Positions 9,523 through 17,875 of a stretch of DNA of 64,000 bases are shown in pieces. The translations under genes were made by a program, and so were the position numbers. Origin of the DNA: Candidatus Hopanoidivorans cymbastelae. Lineage in GTDB: Bacteria; Actinomycetota; Acidimicrobiia; Acidimicrobiales; Hopanoidiivorantaceae. The notes beneath the pieces are model-generated. The model worked only from the letters and a program-made list of their open reading frames with translations. It was not told the DNA's origin and made no database searches. Location: NCBI GenBank assembly GCA_028283145.1, contig JAPYNY010000053.1:6175-70174 (forward strand). The letters are read 5' to 3'. How positions within the stretch are numbered: position 1 is the stretch's first letter; every line of letters starts with the position of its first letter.

Positions 9523-10176
9523 ATGTCGAAAACTGAGCCTGAGCTTCCACTCAAGTGGTCGAAACCCAAGATCATTGGGGCCAATCTCTTCCTTGACACC
9601 AACATCTGGTCTAACTCGCTTCTGCGCTTAATTTTCCGCTCAGCTGCAGGTGCAGGCTTGTGCCGCCTGTCACTGTCAGATTATGTACTAGAAGAATGGA
9701 TCAGAAAGAACAAACGAGAGAAACACAAAGTCAGTGGGTCTCAGCTTACATACGGGCAACTAGCAGAAATTCTTCAAGAACAGTGCACTTATGTAACGAA
9801 TAAAAGCTGGGAAAAATTCTTGGCTAGGCTTACCGCAACTGAATCAGATGATATGCCCATTATTGCATCGGCACGGGCTGCTAACTCTAACATACTCGTA
9901 ATACTGAATTACAAGCATTTTGACCTTGGGGAAGCTCACGCCCTTGGTCTGGTTGTTTATCCCCCTGACATCATCCTGGCAGAATTCTTATACACCGAGC
10001 CGGTGCTCTGGGGATTATTCGCCAAGCAACAGAAGCACATTGGCAACCTTGCCCCCCAGGTCCAAAAAACCATAGACAACTGGAAGTTAGAACAAAAAAT
10101 GCCCTTGGTGGCTAACGCACTTGCCCAGCACGAGGCTTTTACCTTAACTCCGTTGCAAGGCAGAAACCTGGTTTAA
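9523..10176 (+). CDS. PIN-domain protein (PIN_3/VapC-like nuclease fold) with a ~70-aa C-terminal extension
   Basis: 'LFLDTNIW' supplies the first acidic residue, and 'SDDMPIIASARAANSNILVILNYKHF' is the distal PIN block. Start set at the ATG after AAAGGAAA. Confidence 0.65.
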   Translation: MSKTEPELPLKWSKPKIIGANLFLDTNIWSNSLLRLIFRSAAGAGLCRLSLSDYVLEEWIRKNKREKHKVSGSQLTYGQLAEILQEQCTYVTNKSWEKFLARLTATESDDMPIIASARAANSNILVILNYKHFDLGEAHALGLVVYPPDIILAEFLYTEPVLWGLFAKQQKHIGNLAPQVQKTIDNWKLEQKMPLVANALAQHEAFTLTPLQGRNLV

Positions 10177-10251
10177 CGGAAGCACCTATGCTCGGTACTT
10201 ATTCAATGCGAGGACGACAGACTTTCTAGGCATCTCCCCGCCCTACAAAGC

Positions 10252-10617
10252 ATGCGACTGGTCAATTCTGCTCAAAAAATAGAAACCAACATCAATCTTG
10301 TAGAATTCTGTTACAACTCAGACGGTTTGTTTGAAAGGAGCCAGCGTATGCCTCTTTTGGAGGAATACCTTGACATTCCAATAGAAGACTACAACCTGCC
10401 TCAGTACGCCTACCTGCTTGAGCGCGACTATGGCACATACCGGAAAAACAAGCTGGTCGGCGACTGGGTTGTCCACGGGGTTCCATACGGAATTGAGGAA
10501 TTGCTCTCGCCCTCAGTCTTGATAGACCTGCAGATTGTCAGAGCTGAGGAAGCGGAGCGGGAGGAAAAAAGCAAAACGCCTCCTCTGCTCATGCGATACC
10601 TGTCAGCAACTTGCTGA
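10252..10617 (+). CDS. Hypothetical protein
   Basis: 121-aa ORF in the lower-GC islet. No motif recognised and the start is uncertain. Confidence 0.35.
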   Translation: MRLVNSAQKIETNINLVEFCYNSDGLFERSQRMPLLEEYLDIPIEDYNLPQYAYLLERDYGTYRKNKLVGDWVVHGVPYGIEELLSPSVLIDLQIVRAEEAEREEKSKTPPLLMRYLSATC

Positions 10618-10647
10618 CAGCAGCCCAGCAGCCGCCAAAGCCGCCGC

Positions 10648-12756
10648 CTACTGGAAGCTCACCACATACGGGACAGGCCTTACCGCCAAGACTCGGTTGG
10701 GAGGCAGCGGCCTTGGAATGTCCTCGTCGTAGAAATTCTTCCAGCCCCACCACCAGCCGTTATCCAAAGCCCCTGTGGTGAGTTGCGCATAAGTGTCAAA
10801 CTTCAAATTGGTCTGCCCTTGCCCGTCCATGTGGATCATGACTGCCAGCTCAGGCGGGGCTTTGATGTCTTCCCTGTTGGTGATCATTTGAAAGCTGAAC
10901 TGATGAACCATCAGCAGCTTCTGTGGGAGGTTGTTCTCACGCACTATGTCGGCTAGCCAATCTATGACCTGATTGACTTCTGAACTGTCAACGCTGCCAA
11001 CCTGGCGCAGGTGGAACTGGTCGGGTTTGAGGCGCCATTCAGGGTCAAGCGCCAAACCTACATGAGGCAGTTTGAGCAGTTCCTCATACTCCTTGGCCTG
11101 CGTCAAAAAATCAGTCCGCCCAGGCTGCAGATCCAAAATGACATACATATTCTCCTCGGCTGCCGTTTCAATCCAAGGACGCAGCTCGGCTACCGGGGTA
11201 CGCAGGGAATAGCTGTTGTCATAGTTCGGAGCGCTTGACGCCAACGTAGCGATGATTTCAAAAGCCGTCACCACAGGCAAACCATCCGCGTCATAGCCTT
11301 CGGCGATTTGGCTGGCTCGCTCCACACCTTCCTCGGCACTCTGCTCGCCTAGCACACCCAAAACAGATGTGTTGGTGTGCCCATACATGGCCACAATGCG
11401 CCTGTTCGGAAATAGCAAGTAGCCCCCGCCGGGCAGTTGTTGGCCGGTCGCTATCACCTGAAGTTGCCAGTCGGCATCGTCTGGCATCGGGCCGACAAGT
11501 TGCCAAGCGCGGCTGCGACTAGAAACAGGGCGGCTCAGAACATCCAAACTGGCTTGCGGCGAGCCTCTGAGATCAGCGGGAGCTACATACAGCAAATCGC
11601 CTCCGATGGACGCCAAGGCAGGCTGAGCCAAAATCGCAATTACCGGCTGGTCGGACGCCACCAGCCAAATTGGCCCTTCGCCTTCCCCCTCCACTGTTTT
11701 CGCTGTTTTCGCCAACTCACCCGCTGGGTCCATTATCGCCGGGTCGGACAAGGGATCAATCGCCACAATCTCACCTTCTTCCACAGATGTACTTGCCGAT
11801 GTCGTCTTCAAGACAGCCTCAGAAACGATGGCTTCACGCAATCTGACAGGGGTGGCAGGCCCTGCTAGACGCGGCAAAGTCAGGCGGGCGGCAGACACAG
11901 AGCCGTCATCGGTCATCAAAATATCCGCCGCAGCCGTGATGTATTCAGTGCCTCCAGCCAGGATCAAGGTCACATCGGGCTTCTCCTCGTCTGCCTCCAA
12001 GAACAGCTCAAAGAAAAACTGAGCAGTTTCCTGTGAGCCGATGACCGTTACCCCTTTAGGCTCGAGCCGTCTGAACTCGGCTAGCACCTCGGGGTGGACG
12101 GGGGAGAATGAGACCAGGTCTGGGGAGGTGGTCTCAGGAGAAGCCGTCTCAGGCGAGTCTGACGGGCTGGCTGTGCTGTCGGCAGCGCCGGCATCAGCGC
12201 CATCAACATCGGCGGCCGCAGGGGGCGAAGCGGGCAGGGCTGACGACTGGGCAGATTGATCGGACTCGGCGCCAGCTTGGTTATCTGGCAAAGTCTCGGC
12301 AACATTGACCAACAGCGGGCCATCCCTGAATGCCGCTAGCCGAGCGGCCACAGCAAGCTGATTTACATCCACCACCTCAGAAATCACCAGATGGTCAGCG
12401 CAATCCCGAAAAACTTCCTGAGTGAAAGCCAACGATAGCCCCATCGCATCCTGGGCGCTCAGGGTATAGAACTCCCCCGCTAGGTTATCTCGGTTCAAGG
12501 TTGGAGACAGCAATAAATCGCCAGCTATATGAGGGGTATCGCTGTCGGCCGTCGGCTGACAAACCCTCTGCGACGGACCGGGTCCGTTCCCCTCCGGCTC
12601 AGAAGGATCAGGCTCCTCAGTCTCAACCGGTGCAGGCGGCATCGCTTCTGGCTCTGATGCCTGTGGCACCTCGCCTATAAACAGAAGTGCCAAAATAAAC
12701 AGGCTGAGAATGGAGTACTGCGCACGCTTGGAGGAAATCAACTCATCAATAGGCAA
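10648..12756 (-). CDS. Membrane-anchored/secreted protein of unknown function; C-terminal ~300 aa resembles a conserved actinobacterial secreted-protein domain
   Basis: TTG start, N-terminal TM 'YSILSLFILALLFIG', and acidic/Pro-rich linkers. The conserved tail is 'ILDLQPGRTDFL...VGLALDPEWR...LLMVHQF...MIHMDGQG'. Confidence 0.65.
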   Translation of the reverse strand: MPIDELISSKRAQYSILSLFILALLFIGEVPQASEPEAMPPAPVETEEPDPSEPEGNGPGPSQRVCQPTADSDTPHIAGDLLLSPTLNRDNLAGEFYTLSAQDAMGLSLAFTQEVFRDCADHLVISEVVDVNQLAVAARLAAFRDGPLLVNVAETLPDNQAGAESDQSAQSSALPASPPAAADVDGADAGAADSTASPSDSPETASPETTSPDLVSFSPVHPEVLAEFRRLEPKGVTVIGSQETAQFFFELFLEADEEKPDVTLILAGGTEYITAAADILMTDDGSVSAARLTLPRLAGPATPVRLREAIVSEAVLKTTSASTSVEEGEIVAIDPLSDPAIMDPAGELAKTAKTVEGEGEGPIWLVASDQPVIAILAQPALASIGGDLLYVAPADLRGSPQASLDVLSRPVSSRSRAWQLVGPMPDDADWQLQVIATGQQLPGGGYLLFPNRRIVAMYGHTNTSVLGVLGEQSAEEGVERASQIAEGYDADGLPVVTAFEIIATLASSAPNYDNSYSLRTPVAELRPWIETAAEENMYVILDLQPGRTDFLTQAKEYEELLKLPHVGLALDPEWRLKPDQFHLRQVGSVDSSEVNQVIDWLADIVRENNLPQKLLMVHQFSFQMITNREDIKAPPELAVMIHMDGQGQTNLKFDTYAQLTTGALDNGWWWGWKNFYDEDIPRPLPPNRVLAVRPVPYVVSFQ

Positions 12757-12863
12757 ATTTCATACCTAAATTACTATTTAGCAACTTGTTGGCAATTTGT
12801 CCTTGCATAATGAAATTTACCACCATTTATACCTAAATTCCAGTTAGTAAATTCAATCTCGCT

Positions 12864-13706
12864 GTGCTGCCTGCCCCCGAAAACTTTACGCTGACCACTT
12901 CCGACGATGTGGCGTTGGCCGTCTCTAGGTGGAAACCGGATTGCACTCCTGTAGCCAAAGTTGTGCTGGCACACGGCTTCACTGCCAATCGGGCAAAGGA
13001 CGAAATTCAGACTTTAGCGGCTGCTTTGGTGGCTGCAGGGGCTGACTTGACCGTTCATGACGCCAGAGGCCACGGGGAGTCTGGAGGCAAAACAACTATC
13101 GGCAACCTTGAACAGCTTGACATTGCCGCGGTGGTAGCTCACGTGGCCAGCCAAGATTTGGGCGATAGCAATGGTAATGCCTCTGCCGAGCCGACGCAAG
13201 CCGACTTGCCGCCCGCCGACCCTTTGCCTGCCGAGCCGCCGCTCCCATTGCTGCTCATCGGAATCTCCATGGGCGCCATAGCTTCGGTGAACTATTTGAT
13301 TTCCAACCCCAAAAACCCCGTCAGAGGCCTGCTGCTGATCAGCAGCCCTGCCTACTGGCGGCCTCGGCCCGGCAAATCAGCTGTGATTATGACCTTTTTG
13401 ACCCGCACAGGCTTGGGGCGAAAGGTGGCTGAGCGGCACATGGGAGTGCGCATCGCTTCTAAAATACACCTGCCGGAAGCCCCGGCGCGCGCCGTTGCCA
13501 GAGTTTCATTGCCCATCGGGATTATCGGAGGCAAAGAAGATATGTTGCTGGGCACAAAAGCGGCGCAGCGAATCTATGAAGCCGCCGCTGAGCCCAAGAA
13601 ACTTGCTCTCATAGACGGGGCCGGGCATTCCATCGGGGAAGAAGCCGTTGAAGCCTGCCAGCAAATGCTCAGCTGGCTAGTAGAGCAAGCCAAACAGACA
13701 GGCTAG
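12864..13706 (+). CDS. Alpha/beta-fold hydrolase
   Basis: 'VVLAHGFTAN', 'DARGHGESGG' and the nucleophile elbow 'GISMGA', with a C-terminal 'GAGHS'. GTG start. Confidence 0.8.
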   Translation: MLPAPENFTLTTSDDVALAVSRWKPDCTPVAKVVLAHGFTANRAKDEIQTLAAALVAAGADLTVHDARGHGESGGKTTIGNLEQLDIAAVVAHVASQDLGDSNGNASAEPTQADLPPADPLPAEPPLPLLLIGISMGAIASVNYLISNPKNPVRGLLLISSPAYWRPRPGKSAVIMTFLTRTGLGRKVAERHMGVRIASKIHLPEAPARAVARVSLPIGIIGGKEDMLLGTKAAQRIYEAAAEPKKLALIDGAGHSIGEEAVEACQQMLSWLVEQAKQTG

Positions 13707-13795
13707 ACGAAAATCTGGCCCGCTGACGATCCAGTCAGCGACCCCTAGCCAGTCAGTGACTCCTAGGCAATCCTGGCGGTATATTTCCCTAGCGG

Positions 13796-15319
13796 TCAGG
13801 CAGTGCGATCACCCAGGCAAGCCGGTGGCGTATCCTCCACCTCTTCAATTAAGCGCTTCAACTCCAGCAGGAGTTCCTGCGTAACCGACTCCCAGCCAGA
13901 CACACCATAGAGGTTGTTCACCTCAAAAGGGTCGGCTTTTAGATCGTACAACTCCCACTCAACAGGGTCGGTCGGCCCGCGGGCGCCAGGTTGTCCCAGC
14001 GGCTCATTGTAGAAACAAATCAGCTTATGGCGCTTTGTCCTCACCCCCAAGTGCGCTTTAATTTCATGGTCTTTGTCGCGATGCATCCAATAGCGGTAAT
14101 ACATCGAGATAGGCCAGCCTTGAGGCGTTTCTCCTTGAAATAACGGCAGCAAACTGCGCCCCTGCCAATCATTGGGAACAGCCGCCCCCGCCGCTTCACA
14201 GAAAGTCGGCGCAAAATCCACGTTGACCACCATGTCGTCATTGACTGAGCTGGGTTCAATCTGGGCGGGCCAGCGTACCAAAAGCGGCATGTTCAGCGAT
14301 TCTTCATACATAAACCGCTTGTCAAACCAACCGTGCTCCCCCAAGAAAAACCCCTGGTCGGAAGTGTAGACCACAATGGTGTTATGCTCCCGTCCCAAAT
14401 CGGCCAGTAAATCAAGCAGGCGGCCAAGATTGTCGTCAATGGAGGCCACCACCCGCAGGTAGTCCTTGATATAGCACTGGTAGCGCCAGGAAATTTCCTC
14501 CTCCTCAGACAAACCCGCAGGCACTGGTGCCTTCAGGTCGGTCTCGGTGAGATCCATCATCCGGCATTTGGCGGCCTGCGCAGCCGCGGAGCGCGTGGCG
14601 TAGTCGTCCCAGAAAGTCTCAGGCTCAGCAATGGTTGTATCGGCATACATGCTGGCATGGGCAGCATCGGTCTCCCAGGGGCGGTGCGGAGCTTTGTGAT
14701 GGCATAGCAGCGCAAACGGCTGGTCTTGCGGCAAACTACGAAGCCAGTCAAGAGACAAATCGGTGATGATGTCGGTGGCATAGCCTGAATACTGCGTTTT
14801 GCCCTGCGGGGTGAAGAACTCAGGATTGTGATATTCGCCCTGCCCAGGCAGCACTTCCCAAGCATCAAAGCCCACGGGGCGATGGGACGGAGCATCCCCC
14901 AAGTGCCACTTGCCGAAAATAGCTGTTTGATACCCCTGAGCGCGCAACAGCTTAGGGAAGGTAATCAAGCTGGCATCCAGCGGGGTGTCCAGCGTGGTTA
15001 CCTTGTTGACGTGGTTGTAAGTGCCGCACAAAATGGCGGCGCGGCTGGGCGTGCAGATGGAATTAGTGCAGTAGCAGTGGTCAAAACGCATGCCCTCAGC
15101 AGCCAAGCGGTCAATGTTGGGAGTTTCGTTGATGACGCTGCCGTAGGCGCTGATGGCGTGAGCCGCATGGTCGTCTGACATGACAAAAACTAGATTCGGC
15201 GGCTTGGACGGCACTTTGGTGGTCGGCGCTCTTTTGGTTGGCACTTGTTTGGATGCTTGGGCCAGCAATGCGGGGCTGGGCTTAATCTGGTAATTTCTCG
15301 GCGCTGGGCAACTCTTCAA
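13796..15319 (-). CDS. Cys-type sulfatase (formylglycine-dependent)
   Basis: 'VFVMSDDH' and the 'CTPSRAAILCG' C-x-P-x-R formylglycine motif. The annotated start overlaps moaE by 38 nt, so a downstream TTG/GTG start is possible. Confidence 0.9.
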   Translation of the reverse strand: MKSCPAPRNYQIKPSPALLAQASKQVPTKRAPTTKVPSKPPNLVFVMSDDHAAHAISAYGSVINETPNIDRLAAEGMRFDHCYCTNSICTPSRAAILCGTYNHVNKVTTLDTPLDASLITFPKLLRAQGYQTAIFGKWHLGDAPSHRPVGFDAWEVLPGQGEYHNPEFFTPQGKTQYSGYATDIITDLSLDWLRSLPQDQPFALLCHHKAPHRPWETDAAHASMYADTTIAEPETFWDDYATRSAAAQAAKCRMMDLTETDLKAPVPAGLSEEEEISWRYQCYIKDYLRVVASIDDNLGRLLDLLADLGREHNTIVVYTSDQGFFLGEHGWFDKRFMYEESLNMPLLVRWPAQIEPSSVNDDMVVNVDFAPTFCEAAGAAVPNDWQGRSLLPLFQGETPQGWPISMYYRYWMHRDKDHEIKAHLGVRTKRHKLICFYNEPLGQPGARGPTDPVEWELYDLKADPFEVNNLYGVSGWESVTQELLLELKRLIEEVEDTPPACLGDRTA

Positions 15320-15794
15320 TGTGCTGAGCTTCCAGCCCCCAGCTCTCGCCTCCGCTCCAACGCTCTCGCTTCCAAATCGGCACCGACTTCTTCAAGGTGT
15401 CAATGCCGAACTGGGCAGCTTCAAAGGCTGCTTGTCTGTGCGGAGCAGAAGCCACGACTATGACTGCTGATTCGCCGACCTCCAAAACTCCCGTGCGGTG
15501 GAGCAAGGCCAGACGTACCAGGCTTGGCCATCTGTTGCGGGCTTCATCAGCCACCTTTCGCAGACGGGGAACTGCATGCTCTTCGTAGGCCTCATACTCC
15601 AGTTGGCTGACCTCGGGGCGCCCTGGAGCATGATCTCGGGCATTGCCGAAAAATGCCACAACAGCCCCGCATTCGGGCAAGCTGGCCCAGGCTATGGCTT
15701 GATCGGTCGGCAGGGTGTGTTCAAACAACCCCACCCATGTGTTGTTTTCTGAAATAGCGTTTTGGTGATTTGCGGCTGCTTGTGCGGAACTCAT
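15282..15794 (-). CDS. moaE: Molybdopterin synthase catalytic subunit
   Basis: 'LEYEAYEEHA...LALLHRTGVLEVGESAVIVVASAPHRQAAFEA...IDTLKKSVPIWKRE' matches the MoaE pattern. Confidence 0.85.
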   Translation of the reverse strand: MSSAQAAANHQNAISENNTWVGLFEHTLPTDQAIAWASLPECGAVVAFFGNARDHAPGRPEVSQLEYEAYEEHAVPRLRKVADEARNRWPSLVRLALLHRTGVLEVGESAVIVVASAPHRQAAFEAAQFGIDTLKKSVPIWKRERWSGGESWGLEAQHIEELPSAEKLPD

Positions 15795-15909
15795 TTAGAT
15801 TTAGCCAAGGCAGCGGAACTAGAGGTGACGGAACTAGAGGCGGCGCAGCTAGAAGCGACGGTTCGCCAAACTGTGCTTGGCCAAGTGGCAACTCGGCAGG
15901 GCTTTGGCG

Positions 15910-16299
15910 TTAGTCGTCATCATTGTCGTTATCGTCATCCTCATCGTCATCGTCGTCTATGCCCAGCATTTCGCCCATTTCCCGGCGGTTTTCATAAATC
16001 TGACGCAACAGCCAAAATCTCAAAAACCGCGCCATGGAATAGCGCAAAAACATAACAGCCCCAACGATAGTTACAGCCAGCCCCAAGAGTGCCAAGATGA
16101 CAAGCTCGCGTTGGTCTAGAGAATTGCTGGTATTGGTTGATGCAAAGTAGCCGATGATGGCCAGCACCACACCAACTAGCATGACTATCACACCCAGCGC
16201 CTGCAGCACCTGCTCGGTGCCTGCCTTGCCGGTCTTTTGGCGCATTTGGGAGATTTCCGCCCGAAACTCAGCTGCCCGATTTTGTTCTGCCATGGTCAC
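15910..16299 (-). CDS. Small membrane protein with a poly-acidic C-terminal tail
   Basis: Two predicted TM helices. The C-terminus is 'DDDDDEDDDNDNDDD'. Confidence 0.55.
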   Translation of the reverse strand: MTMAEQNRAAEFRAEISQMRQKTGKAGTEQVLQALGVIVMLVGVVLAIIGYFASTNTSNSLDQRELVILALLGLAVTIVGAVMFLRYSMARFLRFWLLRQIYENRREMGEMLGIDDDDDEDDDNDNDDD

Positions 16300-16362
16300 T
16301 CCTTAGCTATTGCTTTTATTGCTTTATTTTGAGGTTTAGGTTGTGTATAGATATTTAGACCT

Positions 16363-17121
16363 TTAAAGCTCCCCACCCAAGTAGGCTGCTTCCAGTTCGT
16401 GTTCTAATTCAGCCGGGTCGCCCACCTTTGAAACCTGTCCGCTGACCATAATGGCTGCCCGATTGGCCACACCCAGCACTGTCCTGGCAAACTGCTCTAC
16501 CACCAAAATTGTAACTCCCAGCTTAGCCAGCTGGCCTACTGCCTGATAAAGGTCTTGAACGATAATTGGCGCCAGCCCCATTGACAACTCATCCAGCAGC
16601 AACAACGCCGGGTCGGTTGCCAAAGCTCTGGACATGGCCAGCATCTGCTGCTCACCACCCGAAAGCGTGCCAGCCATCTGCCGCCGCCGCTCTCCCAAGC
16701 GCGGAAACTGGCTGTAGGCTACGTCTTCAATTTGGCTGACGGTCTTGCCAGCGTTGGTCATCATCTTCAGGTTGTCCTTGACCGACAGATTCGGGAAAAT
16801 GCCCTTGCCTTCCGGAATAAGACAGACCCCACGGCGCGCCAAGTCATCGGCTACGGCGACCTGACTTGGGCGGTGCACTGGAACACCCGCAATGCGAACT
16901 TCCCCACCTGTCAGCGGCAACAGACCAGCGCAAACTTTCAACATGGTGCTCTTGCCGGCCCCATTGGGCCCTAGTAAAGCAAAAACCGAGCCCTCTTGTA
17001 TGGTCAACGAAGCTCCGTGGATGACTTCAATTGAACCATAGGCAGCTCTGACGTTGTCAAACTCCAGCATGGGCTGGGCACTGGGGGCCTGGGGCTGGGT
17101 GGTGGCGTTGACGGCGGTCAT
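16363..17121 (-). CDS. Branched-chain amino-acid-type ABC transporter ATP-binding protein (LivF-like)
   Basis: Walker A 'GPNGAGKST', signature 'LSGGEQQML', Walker B 'LLLDE'. Confidence 0.9.
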   Translation of the reverse strand: MTAVNATTQPQAPSAQPMLEFDNVRAAYGSIEVIHGASLTIQEGSVFALLGPNGAGKSTMLKVCAGLLPLTGGEVRIAGVPVHRPSQVAVADDLARRGVCLIPEGKGIFPNLSVKDNLKMMTNAGKTVSQIEDVAYSQFPRLGERRRQMAGTLSGGEQQMLAMSRALATDPALLLLDELSMGLAPIIVQDLYQAVGQLAKLGVTILVVEQFARTVLGVANRAAIMVSGQVSKVGDPAELEHELEAAYLGGEL

Positions 17122-17122
17122 G

Positions 17123-17875
17123 TCAAATCATCTCATGTGAGCCTAGATAGGCATCTAAAACTTCGGGCATGGTCTGAATTTCCTCTGCCTCTCCCCTGGC
17201 TATTATCTTGCCGAAATCCAACACGTGAATTTTGTCGCAAACACTCATCACCAGAGCCATGTCGTGCTCCACCAAAAAAATCGTCGTCCCCTCTTCCTTC
17301 AGCCTCAGCAATAACTTGCCGAACTCTCTGGTCTCCTCTTCGGTCTGCCCCGAAGCTGGCTCATCCAGCAGCAACACCTTAGGGTTGTTCATCAAGGCAC
17401 GCCCCATCTCAACCACACGGGCCAAACCAGTCGGTATCTCCGTTACCTCGCTGTCGGCCACATCTCCAAGGTCGATCAGTTCAATCACCCGGTCGGTTTC
17501 TTTCTGAATGTGAGAATAACCGCCGCGCATCCGCCGCGAAATCTCGCCAGCCACCTGAATATTTTCCCGCACGGTCAGCGAGGTAAACAACTCCAAGCGC
17601 TGAAAAGTGCGGGAAATGCCAAGGTGGGCACGCTTGTTGGGAGACAGCTTGGAAATATTGCGCCCTTCCAAATGGATGCTGCCAGCCGAAGGCGACAACA
17701 ACCCGCTGACCACGTTGAACAAGGTAGTTTTGCCGGCGCCATTGGGTCCAATCAAGCCGGTCAAGCTTCCCTGCGCCACCGGGAGCGACACGTCGTCAAC
17801 GGCGCGGTTGCCGCCAAAGTTGACAGTCACCCCTTGCACATCAAGCAGAACGTCAACTGCGGCCATCGTTATCAC
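17123..17875 (-). CDS. Branched-chain amino-acid-type ABC transporter ATP-binding protein (LivG-like)
   Basis: Walker A 'GPNGAGKTT', Walker B 'LLLDEPASG', and 'VEHDM'. Confidence 0.9.
   Translation of the reverse strand: MITMAAVDVLLDVQGVTVNFGGNRAVDDVSLPVAQGSLTGLIGPNGAGKTTLFNVVSGLLSPSAGSIHLEGRNISKLSPNKRAHLGISRTFQRLELFTSLTVRENIQVAGEISRRMRGGYSHIQKETDRVIELIDLGDVADSEVTEIPTGLARVVEMGRALMNNPKVLLLDEPASGQTEEETREFGKLLLRLKEEGTTIFLVEHDMALVMSVCDKIHVLDFGKIIARGEAEEIQTMPEVLDAYLGSHEMI

Noticed and set aside
9401-9631. 76-aa ORF upstream of and overlapping the PIN gene start
   Set aside because: It is out of frame with the PIN domain and has no SD. The PIN frame with the ATG at 9523 explains the region.
15282-15319. 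38-nt overlap between the sulfatase start and the moaE end as a possible frameshift or fusion
   Set aside because: It is more simply explained by an over-extended sulfatase start. In-frame TTG/GTG codons downstream remove the overlap, and both proteins are complete.
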